Shown here: piece after piece, positions 49,201 to 59,092 of the stretch
Layout of the letters: each line of letters begins with the position of its first letter
How positions within the stretch are numbered: position 1 is the first letter of the stretch
Assembly (NCBI GenBank): GCA_002633005.1
Contig: NMRA01000366.1
Location: 198,319 to 262,318, forward strand
From: Phoronis australis
Taxonomy: Eukaryota > Animalia > Phoronida
DNA length: 64,000 bases
Direction of reading: 5' to 3'
Made by a program: the position numbers and the translations under genes
The notes under the pieces: generated by a model
Database searches by the model: none
Told to the model about the DNA's origin: nothing
The model's input: only the letters and a program-made list of their open reading frames with translations

Positions 49201-52200
49201 TGTCTCTAGCTGTAGCTGTGGGATCTCTGCTGCCCAGTGTGGCAGACGTTTGTGCCTCTTTCCAATATGCCATTTGGCATCACATGGCAAGACGATTGCA
49301 GCGCTGCCTGTTGTTCTGCGAAATGAAACACTTGCTACCTGAGGAAAAGACACTGGTAAGTGACACACAACGTATAATGCTGGAAATTATTAAAGAGCTG
49401 CAAAATCATGTTTTGTGGAGAGGACAGAGTAGCTAAACGGTGCTATGCACTGCATTCTGGGTAATGACCATCTGCATGACAACTGCAGAGAAGGACCCAC
49501 AGGGCTGTCAACTGTTATGAATTGGATCCATATTCTACATGCTTACATGGCCTAATAAATCACTGGATTTTCAAATATTACTGAAGTAAAAGTGATTTTT
49601 ATAATTGTCTCTTTCAATGCGCCAGCTCGGTGAAGATTGAGGCAGGAAGTTTCAGAAAGTGGCAGAAATTGTTGCGGATGCGAGACTCAACCTATAACAT
49701 GTATCCTGAGTTCCAGTGTAGAATGCAATTTGCAAACACAATTTCCTTGTGTTGTTCAATTGTGGTTTTTGTGAAAAATAGCAGTTATGAAAAAATTTAA
49801 TGACTCAGTAAATTCCATTGCGAGTACACACACTGGAACAAACAAATGCAAACAACTTTCACTCGTTCGTTATGCAACCTCAGCAACCGCGAGATCAGAG
49901 TTTGCATTCCAAGGCTAGTGTTCTATGCATTTGGGGGGCGGTGGTAGTGTGGGAAGAAAAAACCAAGTTGACTTAAAAAACCTAAAGACATGGATGTGTC
50001 AAGATGAGGTATTATGTAATGTTGAGTTTTATTTGCGCACAATTTGAACTTGATTATTATTGTTCTTGTGTGTATAGCTCCATCTTGTGATTGAAACATA
50101 AACCTTCTGAAAATGTGTGAAATAAAGGTTTCACTTGCAAAATATGGATGTTTACGTGAAGATCACAGATTACTTGCTTAATGGGTTGCCAGCCCTGGAA
50201 ACGCAACTCTAAACTGGACAAGAATTATGAGCAAATCAAAGCACTCGGACCTGGAATAGCACTCAGACCTGGAATAGCACTCAGACCTGAATAGCACTCA
50301 GATCTCGAATAGCACTCAGACCTGGAATAATACCCAAACATGGAATAGCACTCAGACCTGGAATAGCACTCTGACCTATAGTAGCACTCAGACCTGTAGT
50401 AGCACTCAGACCTGTAGTAGCAATCAGACCTGGAGTAGCACTCAGACCTGGAGTAGCACTCAGACCTGTAGTAGCAATCAGACCTGGAGTAGCACTCAGA
50501 CCTGGAGTAGCACTCAGACCTGCAGTAGCTTTTACATCTGCAGTGGCACTCAGACCTGTAGTGGCACTCAAACCTGGAATAGCATGCAGACCTGGAGTAG
50601 CACTCAGGCCTGGAGTAGCACTCAGAACTGTAGTGGCACTTATACCATATAATAGCACTCAGACCTGCACTAGCACAACTGTTTTTCCTCTCAAGATAAG
50701 ATTGCGCTTATTTATTTATAAAACTGTGTATCACATGGAATGACTTGTTTGTCGTGTTGTAACCTAGGTGATCTCAGGGGGCGTAGCTAGTAACACGTTC
50801 ATCCGACGGAACATGGATATTGTATGTGAACAGTACAATTGTCGCGTCGTCTGTCCGCCACCACCTCTATGCACTGATAACGGTGTCATGATTGCCTGGT
50901 AGGTGTCAGGACAGCTGCAGAGTTTTAAAAGTCACTGCTTTCATGGTGTAACCGTTCTGGGAACCTGGTTCACAATCACATTTACTGGAGTCTTGTGAAG
51001 CTTTAAGTGGATCTGGCTGTCATACGTCATTGGTGTTGTTTTCTTTGATATATGTTGTAGCTGGACTGCACAGGATTTTGAGCAGGGGCTTTGGGTCTGA
51101 GCTTTGGTCTCATTTTACAATGCTTAGATTTGTATGGACGCAGTCAAACACTAAAACAGGGTATGGCAAAACTAGTTGTGTATTTTGCATGATTGTAATT
51201 GAAGCAATTTTTCTGCATTTCAAAACAATCGTTGATCTTTGTTATTCAAGTGTTTTTCTGTGCTCATCACTCATGGTGACATAAATGTCTTGAAAATACC
51301 TCTTTGATATAATTGTGTTTTAATTCACTCTTTTCTGTATAGGAATGGTGTTGAAAAATTCCGCCAAGGAATAGATATACTGGAACCTGCTGAGATCACA
51401 GATTTGAGGTATACTGCAAAGTAAGTGTCTTATTTGTATTAGTTGTATATTAAAGGCCCATGTAAAGTCATCCTTGAATACCTTTTGTTTCTTCCTTTGT
51501 GTTGGAAGCTTTTGGTTCATGCTTTGTGGTGGGCGCTTTTGTTTTCCGTTAGCATAACGTTATAACTAGTAAGGAACCAAATGGAGTTCATGGATATCTT
51601 TAGGGGAATGTTTACCACCACCATGTTCACGTTAATCAGTTAAAACTTGGGATTTTAATTGTGAGCAGAACCTTTCTTGTTGTCTTAATTTTCCTTAAAC
51701 TGCCGTACAAAATGGTACCCACCCCCTCCTTTAATTGTACATAGTGGTACCCACCCATCCTTTCACTGCAAAGTGGTACCCCCTCCTTCAACAACAAAGT
51801 GGTACCTACCCCTTCCTTTAACTACAAACTGGTAACCATTCCTCTTTTTATGCGCCCTCATATTTATATGTGGACGCATTATGCTCCTTTAATTATACAA
51901 AGTGGTACCCACCCATCCTTTCACTGCAAAGTGGCACCCACCCCCTTTTTCAACAACAAAGTGGTACCCACCCCCTTTTTCAACAACAAAGTGGTACCCA
52001 CCCCCTTTTTCAACAACAAAGTGGTACCCACCCCTTCCTTTAACTACAAACTGGTAACCATCCCTCTTTTTATGCGCCCTCATATTTATATGTGGACGCA
52101 CTATGCTGTCATCTCCATCCGTCCTGCATCCGCTGCTCTATCTCCAAAACCATTTATGTTCATGAACTTTTGCACACATGTCCCTTTCATGGATGGGTTG

Positions 52201-53907
52201 GCATGGCCGAACTTTCGGACGGATCCGACTACCGGTGTGCCCCCTAGTGGCAATTTTAGTTATTTACGTTTACCACTGTATCTTCAAAGGACAACATATT
52301 TTCACAAAATTTGGTATATAGGCATCTATTAGTAAGACGACGGTATCCTCCCGTTTTCGGATGGATTTGACGTAGTTTGCGCCACCTAGTGGCCATTTTT
52401 ACTGTTTTTGCGTGTTTTTTAGCCTCCACCCATCGATCAACCAAACCGCTCAAAGCCTGATTGTGAAAATTGGCATGACTGTGTTCTTACTATGAAGAGA
52501 ACGGTTAACGATCATGATTTTCTGACAACTTCGACTACTAGTATGACACCTCCTAGTGGCAGCTTTTTTTTGCGTCTATCGTTATATTTCCTAAACCGTT
52601 TGCAGGATCTTTACTATATTTAGTATGTGCACTTATATGACGATGACAACAGACAACAACTTTCGGACAGATCTGACAGCTAGTGTGCCACCTCTATATC
52701 TTCAAAGGACCTCAATGTATTTTCATGAAATTTGGTGTATAGGCTTCTGTTTGTGAGGTGACGCTTTATTTCCATTTTCAGATGGATTCGAGGTAGTTTG
52801 CGCCACCTGGTAGCCATTTTTACTGTTTTTGAGTCTGTTTTTTGGCGTCCACCGCTCTATCAACCAAACCGCTTTCACGATAATTGTGAAAATTGGCAGG
52901 TATGTTTTCACTATGAAGTGGACAGGTGATGATGATTTTCTGATAACTTCGACTACTGTGGCGCCTCCTAGTAGCAATTTCATTTTTTTTTGCGCCTACG
53001 ACTGTATCTCCTAAACCGTTAGTACGATCTTTACTAAATGTAAGAAGTGTGTTTATATGATGTTGACAACGGACGATGACAATTTTCGGAAGGATCTGAC
53101 TACTGGTGTGCCCTCTGAGGACTATTTTAGTATCTTCAAACGTCCTCAACTGATTTTCATAAAATTTTGAGTATGGGCATCTGTATCTCCTAAACACACT
53201 GCAGGATCTTTATTAAATTTAAGTTGTAAGTGTATTTATATGAAGCTAACAACAGACAATGATGGCCTTCGGGCGGTTCCAATGAACAGTGTGCCCCCTA
53301 GTGGCAATTTCCTTTTATTCTTTTTCCTTTGTTTCTCTGAAGTTCCATCATGGATTTCTATGAAATTTGGTGTATAGCTAAAGAAGCAATGACATGTGCT
53401 TGTTTTTGGATGGATTGCTTGTTTTTGGGCCATCCAGTGGCCATTTGTATGACACAAATTAATATCACTAAAAGCACACCATTTGCGATGCATTCGTGGG
53501 CGCATTTCAATGCTCCTGTACAAATTGGTAGCCATCCCCTCCTTCAGCTGTACAAAGTGGTGCCCATCTACCTCCTTTAACTGTACAAAGGGGTTCCTAT
53601 CACCATCCTTTCTTGGCAAAAAGCTGCTGTATTATTTCGTTGTTGAATTATTTAAATAGTGGGTGATAGTCCGGCAGGGTAGGGGCCTCCCCGTAGTTTC
53701 AATTTCCAGTGTTAAAACTGATGGAAGTTGAGTTGGTTGTTCCCTTTGATTTCAAGAGCTCCTAGCAGTCTTTTTTGTATGGTAATTCCAACATGTCTAA
53801 AAACTTCTTGTCTATTGATTTCCAGATGCCAACTTGGTGTCGATATTTGCCACGAAGTGTCAAAATCTACCATTAAAGTACCGAAGCTGATTGTTAAACA
53901 GCAGTGA
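39888..53907 (+). CDS. OSGEPL1: Mitochondrial tRNA N6-adenosine threonylcarbamoyltransferase (Kae1/TsaD/Qri7 family), 9 coding exons, 455 aa
   Basis: join(39888-40225,43423-43522,44114-44271,44842-44971,46763-46967,49210-49355,50768-50898,51343-51420,53826-53907) = 1368 nt. All introns are GT-AG and phases are consistent. Motifs: VLGIETSCDDT, GGIIPPVARDLH, PIHHMEAH (metal-binding HxxxH), LLASGGHC, DDSPGEALDK, FSFSGLK, SGGVASN, LCTDNGVMIAW. The N-terminal ~80 aa are R/K/S/L-rich with no acidic residues, consistent with a mitochondrial presequence, hence OSGEPL1 rather than cytosolic OSGEP. Confidence 0.93.
40379..40567. repeat. 62-bp tandem repeat x3
   Basis: ATGACAAGTGG at 40381, 40443 and 40505. 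Confidence 0.95.
40607..40792. repeat. 37-bp tandem repeat x5
   Basis: Unit CTTGGCCATTCTAGAACTATTCTCACTGGCTTTGTGA. Confidence 0.95.
41848..42313 (+). mobile_element. Penelope-like retroelement 3' fragment with inverted 5' pLTR copy
   Basis: Decayed GIY-YIG C-terminus SAVTDH..NWDD..E.N.RSRRIREAI..RNRDNGGHKLSKIWNSLI (~42020-42220). 41848-41925 is an inverted copy of 42247-42313. Confidence 0.7.
43423..43522 (+). CDS. OSGEPL1: OSGEPL1 coding exon 2
   Basis: TTACAG|A CGT GGA GGC ATC... = (Q)RGGIIPPVARDLHEQCIESTTHHALDQANMSIQ; donor CAG|GTGAGT. This frame is not in the ORF track. Confidence 0.92.
43600..43995. repeat. 46-bp minisatellite with 135-bp higher-order duplication
   Basis: Unit GGATTAATAGTGCTTTGCTATACCCCTAATGTTATTTGTCAAGTAT; variant GCCATACCCCAAATTC at 43621 and 43756. 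Confidence 0.92.
44114..44271 (+). CDS. OSGEPL1: OSGEPL1 coding exon 3
   Basis: DVSAIAVTVKPGLGLSLGVG...PLIPIHHMEAHALTARM; acceptor TTGTCAG, donor GTAAGG. Confidence 0.93.
44470..44815 (+). mobile_element. HINE copy 2 (3' portion)
   Basis: Monomer sequence and 3' end CGTGGGCGCATTTCAACGCTCGCGTTGCTCTTGTT. Confidence 0.8.
44842..44971 (+). CDS. OSGEPL1: OSGEPL1 coding exon 4
   Basis: IEFPYLVLLASGGHCLLA...DDSPGEALDK; acceptor TTTAG, donor AAG|GTGTGT. Confidence 0.93.
45075..46177 (+). mobile_element. HINE copy 3 (contains N gap 45335-45689)
   Basis: Both ends present; nearly identical to copy 1. Confidence 0.85.
46763..46967 (+). CDS. OSGEPL1: OSGEPL1 coding exon 5
   Basis: TARRLGL...GGAAIEYMA...CCFSFSGLK; acceptor TTGCAG, donor G|GTAAAC. 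Confidence 0.92.
47115..47180 (+). mobile_element. HINE copy 4 (3'-end remnant)
   Basis: CCTAGAAGCACAC...TTTCAATGCTCCGCATTGCTCTTGTT. Confidence 0.55.
48019..48550. mobile_element. hAT-like MITE with 6-bp TSD
   Basis: Perfect 13-bp TIRs CAGGGCTTGGAAT / ATTCCAAGCCCTG; ATTTTC at 48013-18 and 48551-56; CpG-rich with TTTCCGCG subterminal repeats. Confidence 0.85.
48960..49220. repeat. 64-bp tandem repeat x4 spanning the exon 6 acceptor
   Basis: CTCTAG ends at 49017, 49081, 49145 and 49209. Confidence 0.95.
49210..49355 (+). CDS. OSGEPL1: OSGEPL1 coding exon 6
   Basis: AVAVGSLLPSVADVCASFQYAIWHHMARRLQRCLLFC...EKTL; donor CTG|GTAAGT. The acceptor is the last copy of a 64-bp repeat; an alternative in-frame AG ends at 49215. 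Confidence 0.87.
49500..50197. mobile_element. Old hAT-like non-autonomous element
   Basis: TIRs CAGGGCTGTCAAC / GTTGCCAGCCCTG (12/13 match); TSD not recognisable. Confidence 0.5.
50240..50675. repeat. 18-bp minisatellite, >20 copies
   Basis: Unit AGCACTCAGACCTGGA(A/G)T. Confidence 0.95.
50768..50898 (+). CDS. OSGEPL1: OSGEPL1 coding exon 7
   Basis: VISGGVASNTFIRRNMDIVCEQYNCRVVCPPPPLCTDNGVMIA(W); acceptor CCTAG, donor TG|GTAGGT. Not in the ORF track. Confidence 0.93.
51343..51420 (+). CDS. OSGEPL1: OSGEPL1 coding exon 8
   Basis: (W)NGVEKFRQGIDILEPAEITDLRYTA(K); acceptor TTTTCTGTATAG, donor AA|GTAAGT. Confidence 0.88.
51705..52066. repeat. ~30-bp minisatellite (resumes at 53517-53610)
   Basis: Unit AAAGTGGTACCCACCCCCTTTTTCAACAAC. 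Confidence 0.9.
52067..53516 (+). mobile_element. HINE copy 5
   Basis: 5' hairpin, multiple monomers and 3' subTIR; inserted in a minisatellite. Confidence 0.83.
53826..53907 (+). CDS. OSGEPL1: OSGEPL1 last coding exon
   Basis: TTTTCCAG|A TGC CAA... = (K)CQLGVDICHEVSKSTIKVPKLIVKQQ*, matching the typical OSGEPL1 C-terminus (CPLGVDISxEV...IKVP). Confidence 0.88.
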
Positions 53908-54251
53908 TCTCCACAGGAACAATTCTGAGCCACATGACACAGCAGTGATTGACAAAACTGCCAGGATGTTTATTTCCAATCAAAGGGTGTGCATGTCTTG
54001 AAGACACTTGTGGTGTATGGGTGGTTAGAATGACATGTTTATAGCAGCTATAACTCATCCCTGGCAGCTGTCTCATTATTGTTTCCAGTGAAACATTACA
54101 TTTGTTAGATCATTGACCCAAGCTGAGCAGTGATGTCTGAATGACTTTCACTTTGTCAAAGTCATATGACATTAATTTGCTTTTGTTCAAGTTAGTTGTT
54201 TGTACATGAGGATAACATGAGTTATTGTGTTTTGTAATTTAACTTGTCTTG

Positions 54252-56007
54252 TTTTATTATGCGCGCACATATTTATATGTGGACACATTATGCCGTCATC
54301 TCCGTCCATCCGCCGTCCACTGCTCTATCTCCAAAACCCTTTGACGCACGTTCATGAAATTTTGCACATATGTTGCTATCATGGATGGGACGGCATGAGC
54401 GAAATTTCGGACGGATCCAAGTACCATTGTCCCCTAGTGGCAATTTTAGTTTTTTACGCTTATCTCTATATTTTCAAAGCTCCTAAAAGTATTTTCATAA
54501 AATTTGGCATATTAGGCACCTATTAGTGAGATGACGCTATCCTCGCATTTTCGGATGGATTTGACATAGTTTGCGCCACCTAGTGGCCATTTTTGCTGTT
54601 TTCGAGTTTTTCGGCGTCCATCCCACTATCAACCAAACCACTCTAAAGATGATTGTGGAAATTGGCATGTTTGTTTTTATTATGAAGAGGACACCTGACG
54701 ATGATTTTCCGATGATTTTGACTACTGTGGCGCCTCCTAGTGACAGTTTTGTCTTTTTGCGCCCATTGCTGTATCTCTTAAACCGTTGGCTGCATCTTTA
54801 CTAAATTCTGCAAGTGTATTTATATGATGTTGACAATGGATGACAACGACTTTCAGACAGATCTGACTACCGGTGTGTCCCCTAGTGGCAATTTATTTTT
54901 TCATGTTTACCTCTCTATCTTCAAAGGTCCTGTAGGTATTTTCAGAACATTTGGAATGTAGGCACCTAGTAGTGAGATGACGCTATCCTCCCATTTTCGG
55001 ATGGATTTGACGTTGCGCCACCTAGTGGCCATTTTTACTGTTTTTTAGTCTGTTTTTTCGCGTCGGCCCCTCTATTAACCAAACCACACTGATTGTGAAA
55101 ATTGGCATGTACTGTATGTTCTTACTACGAAGATGATGTTAATTTACCAATTTCTTGGACTACTGTGACACCTCCTAGTGGCAGTTTTGTTTTGTTTTTT
55201 TGCACCCATGACTGTATCTCCTTAACCGTTTGCAGCATCTTTGCTGAATTTAGCAAGTGTATTTATATGAGGTTAGCAATGGATGACAACAACTTTCCGA
55301 CGGATCTGACTTCCAGTGTGCCCCCAGTGGCAATTTTCATTTTTTAGGCTTACCTCTATATCTTCAAAGGTCCTCAACAGATTATCAGAATGTTTGGAAT
55401 ATAGGTATTTATTGGTGAGATGATGCTAGCCTACCGCTTTCGGATCGAATCGAGGAACTTTTGCGCCACCTAGTGGCATTTCTTCCTGTTTCCGTGTCTT
55501 GTTTTTTGCCGTCCACCCCTCGATCAACCAAACTATTCTGGAGATGACTTTGAAAATCGGTGTATATGTTCTCAGTGTGAAGAGGACGGTTGACAACACA
55601 TTCGACTACTGTAGCGCCTCCTAGTGGTAGTTATGTTTTGTTTTGCGCCCATAGCTACATCTCCCAAACTCACTGCAGAATCTTTAGTAAATTTAGTAAT
55701 TGCATTCATATGAAGCTAGCAACAGATGACGACGTCTTTCAGGTGGATCCAATGAAGGCTGTGTCCCAAAGTGGCAATTTCATTATTTTTTGTTTTTCTT
55801 TGTTTCTCTGAAGTTCCTTGACAGATTTTTATGAAATTTGGTAAATAGCTTTCTATTAAAAAAGCGATTGCATGTACCCATTTTGTGATGGATTGTACGT
55901 TTTTTCGCCCTCTGGTGGCTATTTTTATGAAACAAATAAACAACCCTAAAAGCACTCCGTTTGGGGTGCTTTCGTGGGCGCATTTCAATGCTTCCCATTG
56001 CTCTTGT
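54252..56007 (+). mobile_element. HINE copy 6
   Basis: Both ends present; about 11 monomers. Confidence 0.85.
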
Positions 56008-56983
56008 ATTTTAATAGGAAAGACATTATACTTTTTTTGTTCCATTTGCACTCAAAACGAGACATTTTCACACATTTTTGTATTTGAATCATAACCTTTT
56101 TGCAGCCCAAAAAATAGATTTCCCTAGTGGACAAAGCAAAAAATGTTTTTATCCAGCTTACCTCAATCATCTTGTACCAATGAGATAAATATAGAAGAGT
56201 TGAAGTCATGTGGTTTAGGATGATCGGAGTGGTCTGCCATCTTGATGAGTCTAGCTGCTGACTGTGTACTGTGTATATCTAGGAACTGGATTTCAAGTAA
56301 AAACTCGTAGCTTTAATGTTAAGATCATCAAGTGCAAACTAGGATTTTTAGAAAAATCATCCAAGGAAATCAGAACATACTTGAGCATAGAATTAAAGAG
56401 TCAACACTTGTCTTTAGCTTGTATTAAATTTCCAGGTATAGCGGAAAACAACAAAAGTAAAGTTTGAGTTCCAGTATAAAGATTAGACCCAGAATCAGTG
56501 ATATAATGTTTTGGTCTTTCAATGTTTCAAAAATTGAAATTGTAATAAAATGATTTTGTGGGTGAGAATCCGGTCATAGAACCAGCTGTTCAACTTCATT
56601 TGGTCCCTAGAACACCCACTTAAGTTGAGGTTTCATGGTCTTTTACTTGACTTTCCTTCTTTGTCCGATATGTCTTTAAGGGTTTAGTGACCTTATTCTC
56701 TCCAAGATATCTGTTGTTTCCTAGCAACGAAGAAACGCAAAAAGTGACCACAAGATCTGATAGTTGTATATTTTTACAGAGTGGACACCAATTCGAAGAT
56801 TTATTAAATATAGCCACATTATTAGGGTTGGAAGGAAGGGATACCCCCAAGAATTGCTACACCCCACAATGCTATGGGTCGGTAGATGGGCTGTTTCTGT
56901 AGATTTCATGACATGGGACAAATGTTGTGTAGCCTTGCAAGCTATTCAAATCTGCAGCTGTCTTTTTTTGAGGAAAACCATCA

Positions 56984-59092
56984 TTTTTATGCGCCCACAC
57001 ATTTATGTGTGGACGCATTATGCCGTCATCTCCGTTGGGCGTCCGTCCGGCGTCCGCTGCTCCATCTCCAAAACTCTTTGACATACGTTCATGATATTTG
57101 GCACATATGTTCCTTTTATGAATGGGACGGCATGACCGAACTTTCGAACGGATCTGAGTACCGGTGTGCACCCTAGTGGCAATTTTAGTTTTTTACGCTT
57201 TTGTATCTTCAAAAGTCCTTAACCGATTCTCATGAAATTTGGTATGTAGGCACCTATTAGTGAGATGACACTATCGTTTTCGGATGGATTTGACAAAGTT
57301 TGCGCAACCTAGTGGCCGTTTTTACCATTACAGCGTTCTGTTGTTCAGCAACTTTTCCAGACGTGAGGACTGCGTGCGATAACATCTGGCTTTTTTGTTA
57401 ACTGCCCAGCTCAGTCTTTTGTCCCGTATGTTAACAAGCAGGTCAATTATCCTCCAGGCTTCAAAGGAAACGTATGGTGGTTGCACGCTATTTCCGCACG
57501 CGTATTCAGAACGCAGTTGGACAGAATAGATTGTTGTAGTTGGGCGATTTTGGTGATTCAAAAACTAAACATGATCAGCATTTGACGAGGAATTCAGAAA
57601 TGCTATTGGTTTAAGCTCAAATACGTTATAGCTCAACTTTCATTTTTATCAGCCCAGCCCAGTCAGGCTAGATATGATCTGATCGGAGATTAGAGCAATT
57701 ATCAACAAAAGAGCGCAGGCCCTCCAACCATAAATGCCAGAATGGAGTTAATCAGTCGTGTAAGATATTGGCTACGGGGGGGGGGTAAACTTTCCAACTT
57801 GTTGTTGGGCTATAGAATCGAACAAGTTGTGAGCAACGGGATGTCGCCGTCATGCTGTTTTCGAGTTTTTTGCGTCCACCCCTCTATTAACCAAACCGCT
57901 CAAAGGAAGATTGTGAAAATTGGCATGTGTGTTTTTACTATGAAGTGGACATCTGACAATGATTTTGCAATGGCTTTGACTACTGTGGCGCTTCCTAGTG
58001 GCAGTTTTGGTTTTTTGCGCCTATCGCTGTATCTCCTAAACCGTTCACAGGATCTTTATGAAATTTAGTAAGTATATTTAGATGATGTTAAGAACAAACT
58101 ACGACGACTTTCGGACCAATCTGAGTGCTGGTGTGCCACCTAGTGGCAATTTTATTTTTTTTACGTTTACCTCTCTATCTTCAAAGGTATTCAACGTATT
58201 TTCATAAAATTTGGCGTATAGGAATCTATTTATGAGATGTCGCTATCTCTCCGTGTTCAGATGAATTCGACCTAGTTTGCGCCACCTAGTGGCAATGTTT
58301 ACTGTTTTCGAGTTTTTTTACGTCTTCGCATCTATCAGCCAAACCCTTTTCAGGATAATTGTGAAAATTGGCATGTATGTTTTTACCGACTGTGGAGTGG
58401 ACGGCTGCCGATGATTTACTGACGACTTCGACTACTGGGGCGCCTCCTAGTGACAGTTTTTTGTTTTGCGCTCATGGCTTTATCTCCTAAACTGTTTGCA
58501 GGATCTTTACTTAATTTACCAAGTGTATTTATATGATGTTGACTACGGACGACGACGACTTTCGGACAGATCTGACTATTGCTGTGCCCCCTAGTAGCAA
58601 TTTTAGTTTTTTAGGTTTAACTCTGTATCTTCAAAGGTCCTCAACAGATTTTCATAGAATTTTGAATATAGGCATCTTTTGGTATGATGACGCTATCTTT
58701 CTGTTTTTGGATGGAATCGAGGTATTTTGCGCCACCTAGTGGCCAGTTTTGCTGTTTTCAAATCTTGTTTTTGGCGCCCACCCCTGTATCAGGCAAATCA
58801 TTTGAAAATTGGCAAAAGAGTTCTCAGTGTGAAGACTATCTTTGATGATGGTGATTGACTACTGTGGCGCCTCCTCGTGGTAGTTTGTTTTGCGCCCATA
58901 GTTGTATCTCCTAAACCCACTGCAAGGTCTTTATTAAATTTAGTAAGTGTATTTATATGAAGATAGCATCAGATGTCGACGACGACTTTCAGGCGGATCC
59001 AACGGACACTGTGCCCACTAGTGGCAATTTCATTTTATTCTGTTTTCCTTTGCGTTCGTGGCTGCATTTCAACGCTCTGCGTTGCTCTTGTT
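56984..59092 (+). mobile_element. HINE copy 7 with nested insertion
   Basis: Both ends present; about 10 monomers, interrupted at 57326-57854. Confidence 0.85.
57326..57854. mobile_element. Nested MITE-like insertion
   Basis: Splits the HINE string TTTTTAC/TGTTTTCGAG. Imperfect ~30-bp TIRs CATTACAGCG..GTTGTTCAGCAACTT / AAGTTGTGAGCAAC..CGCCGTCATG. Confidence 0.65.

Noticed and set aside
50281-50743. ORF with SATPGL repeats
   Set aside because: Translation of the intronic 18-bp minisatellite.
56264-56467. Alternative last OSGEPL1 exon (KCKLG...)
   Set aside because: 53826-53907 has the correct phase, a good acceptor and a much better match to the family C-terminus.
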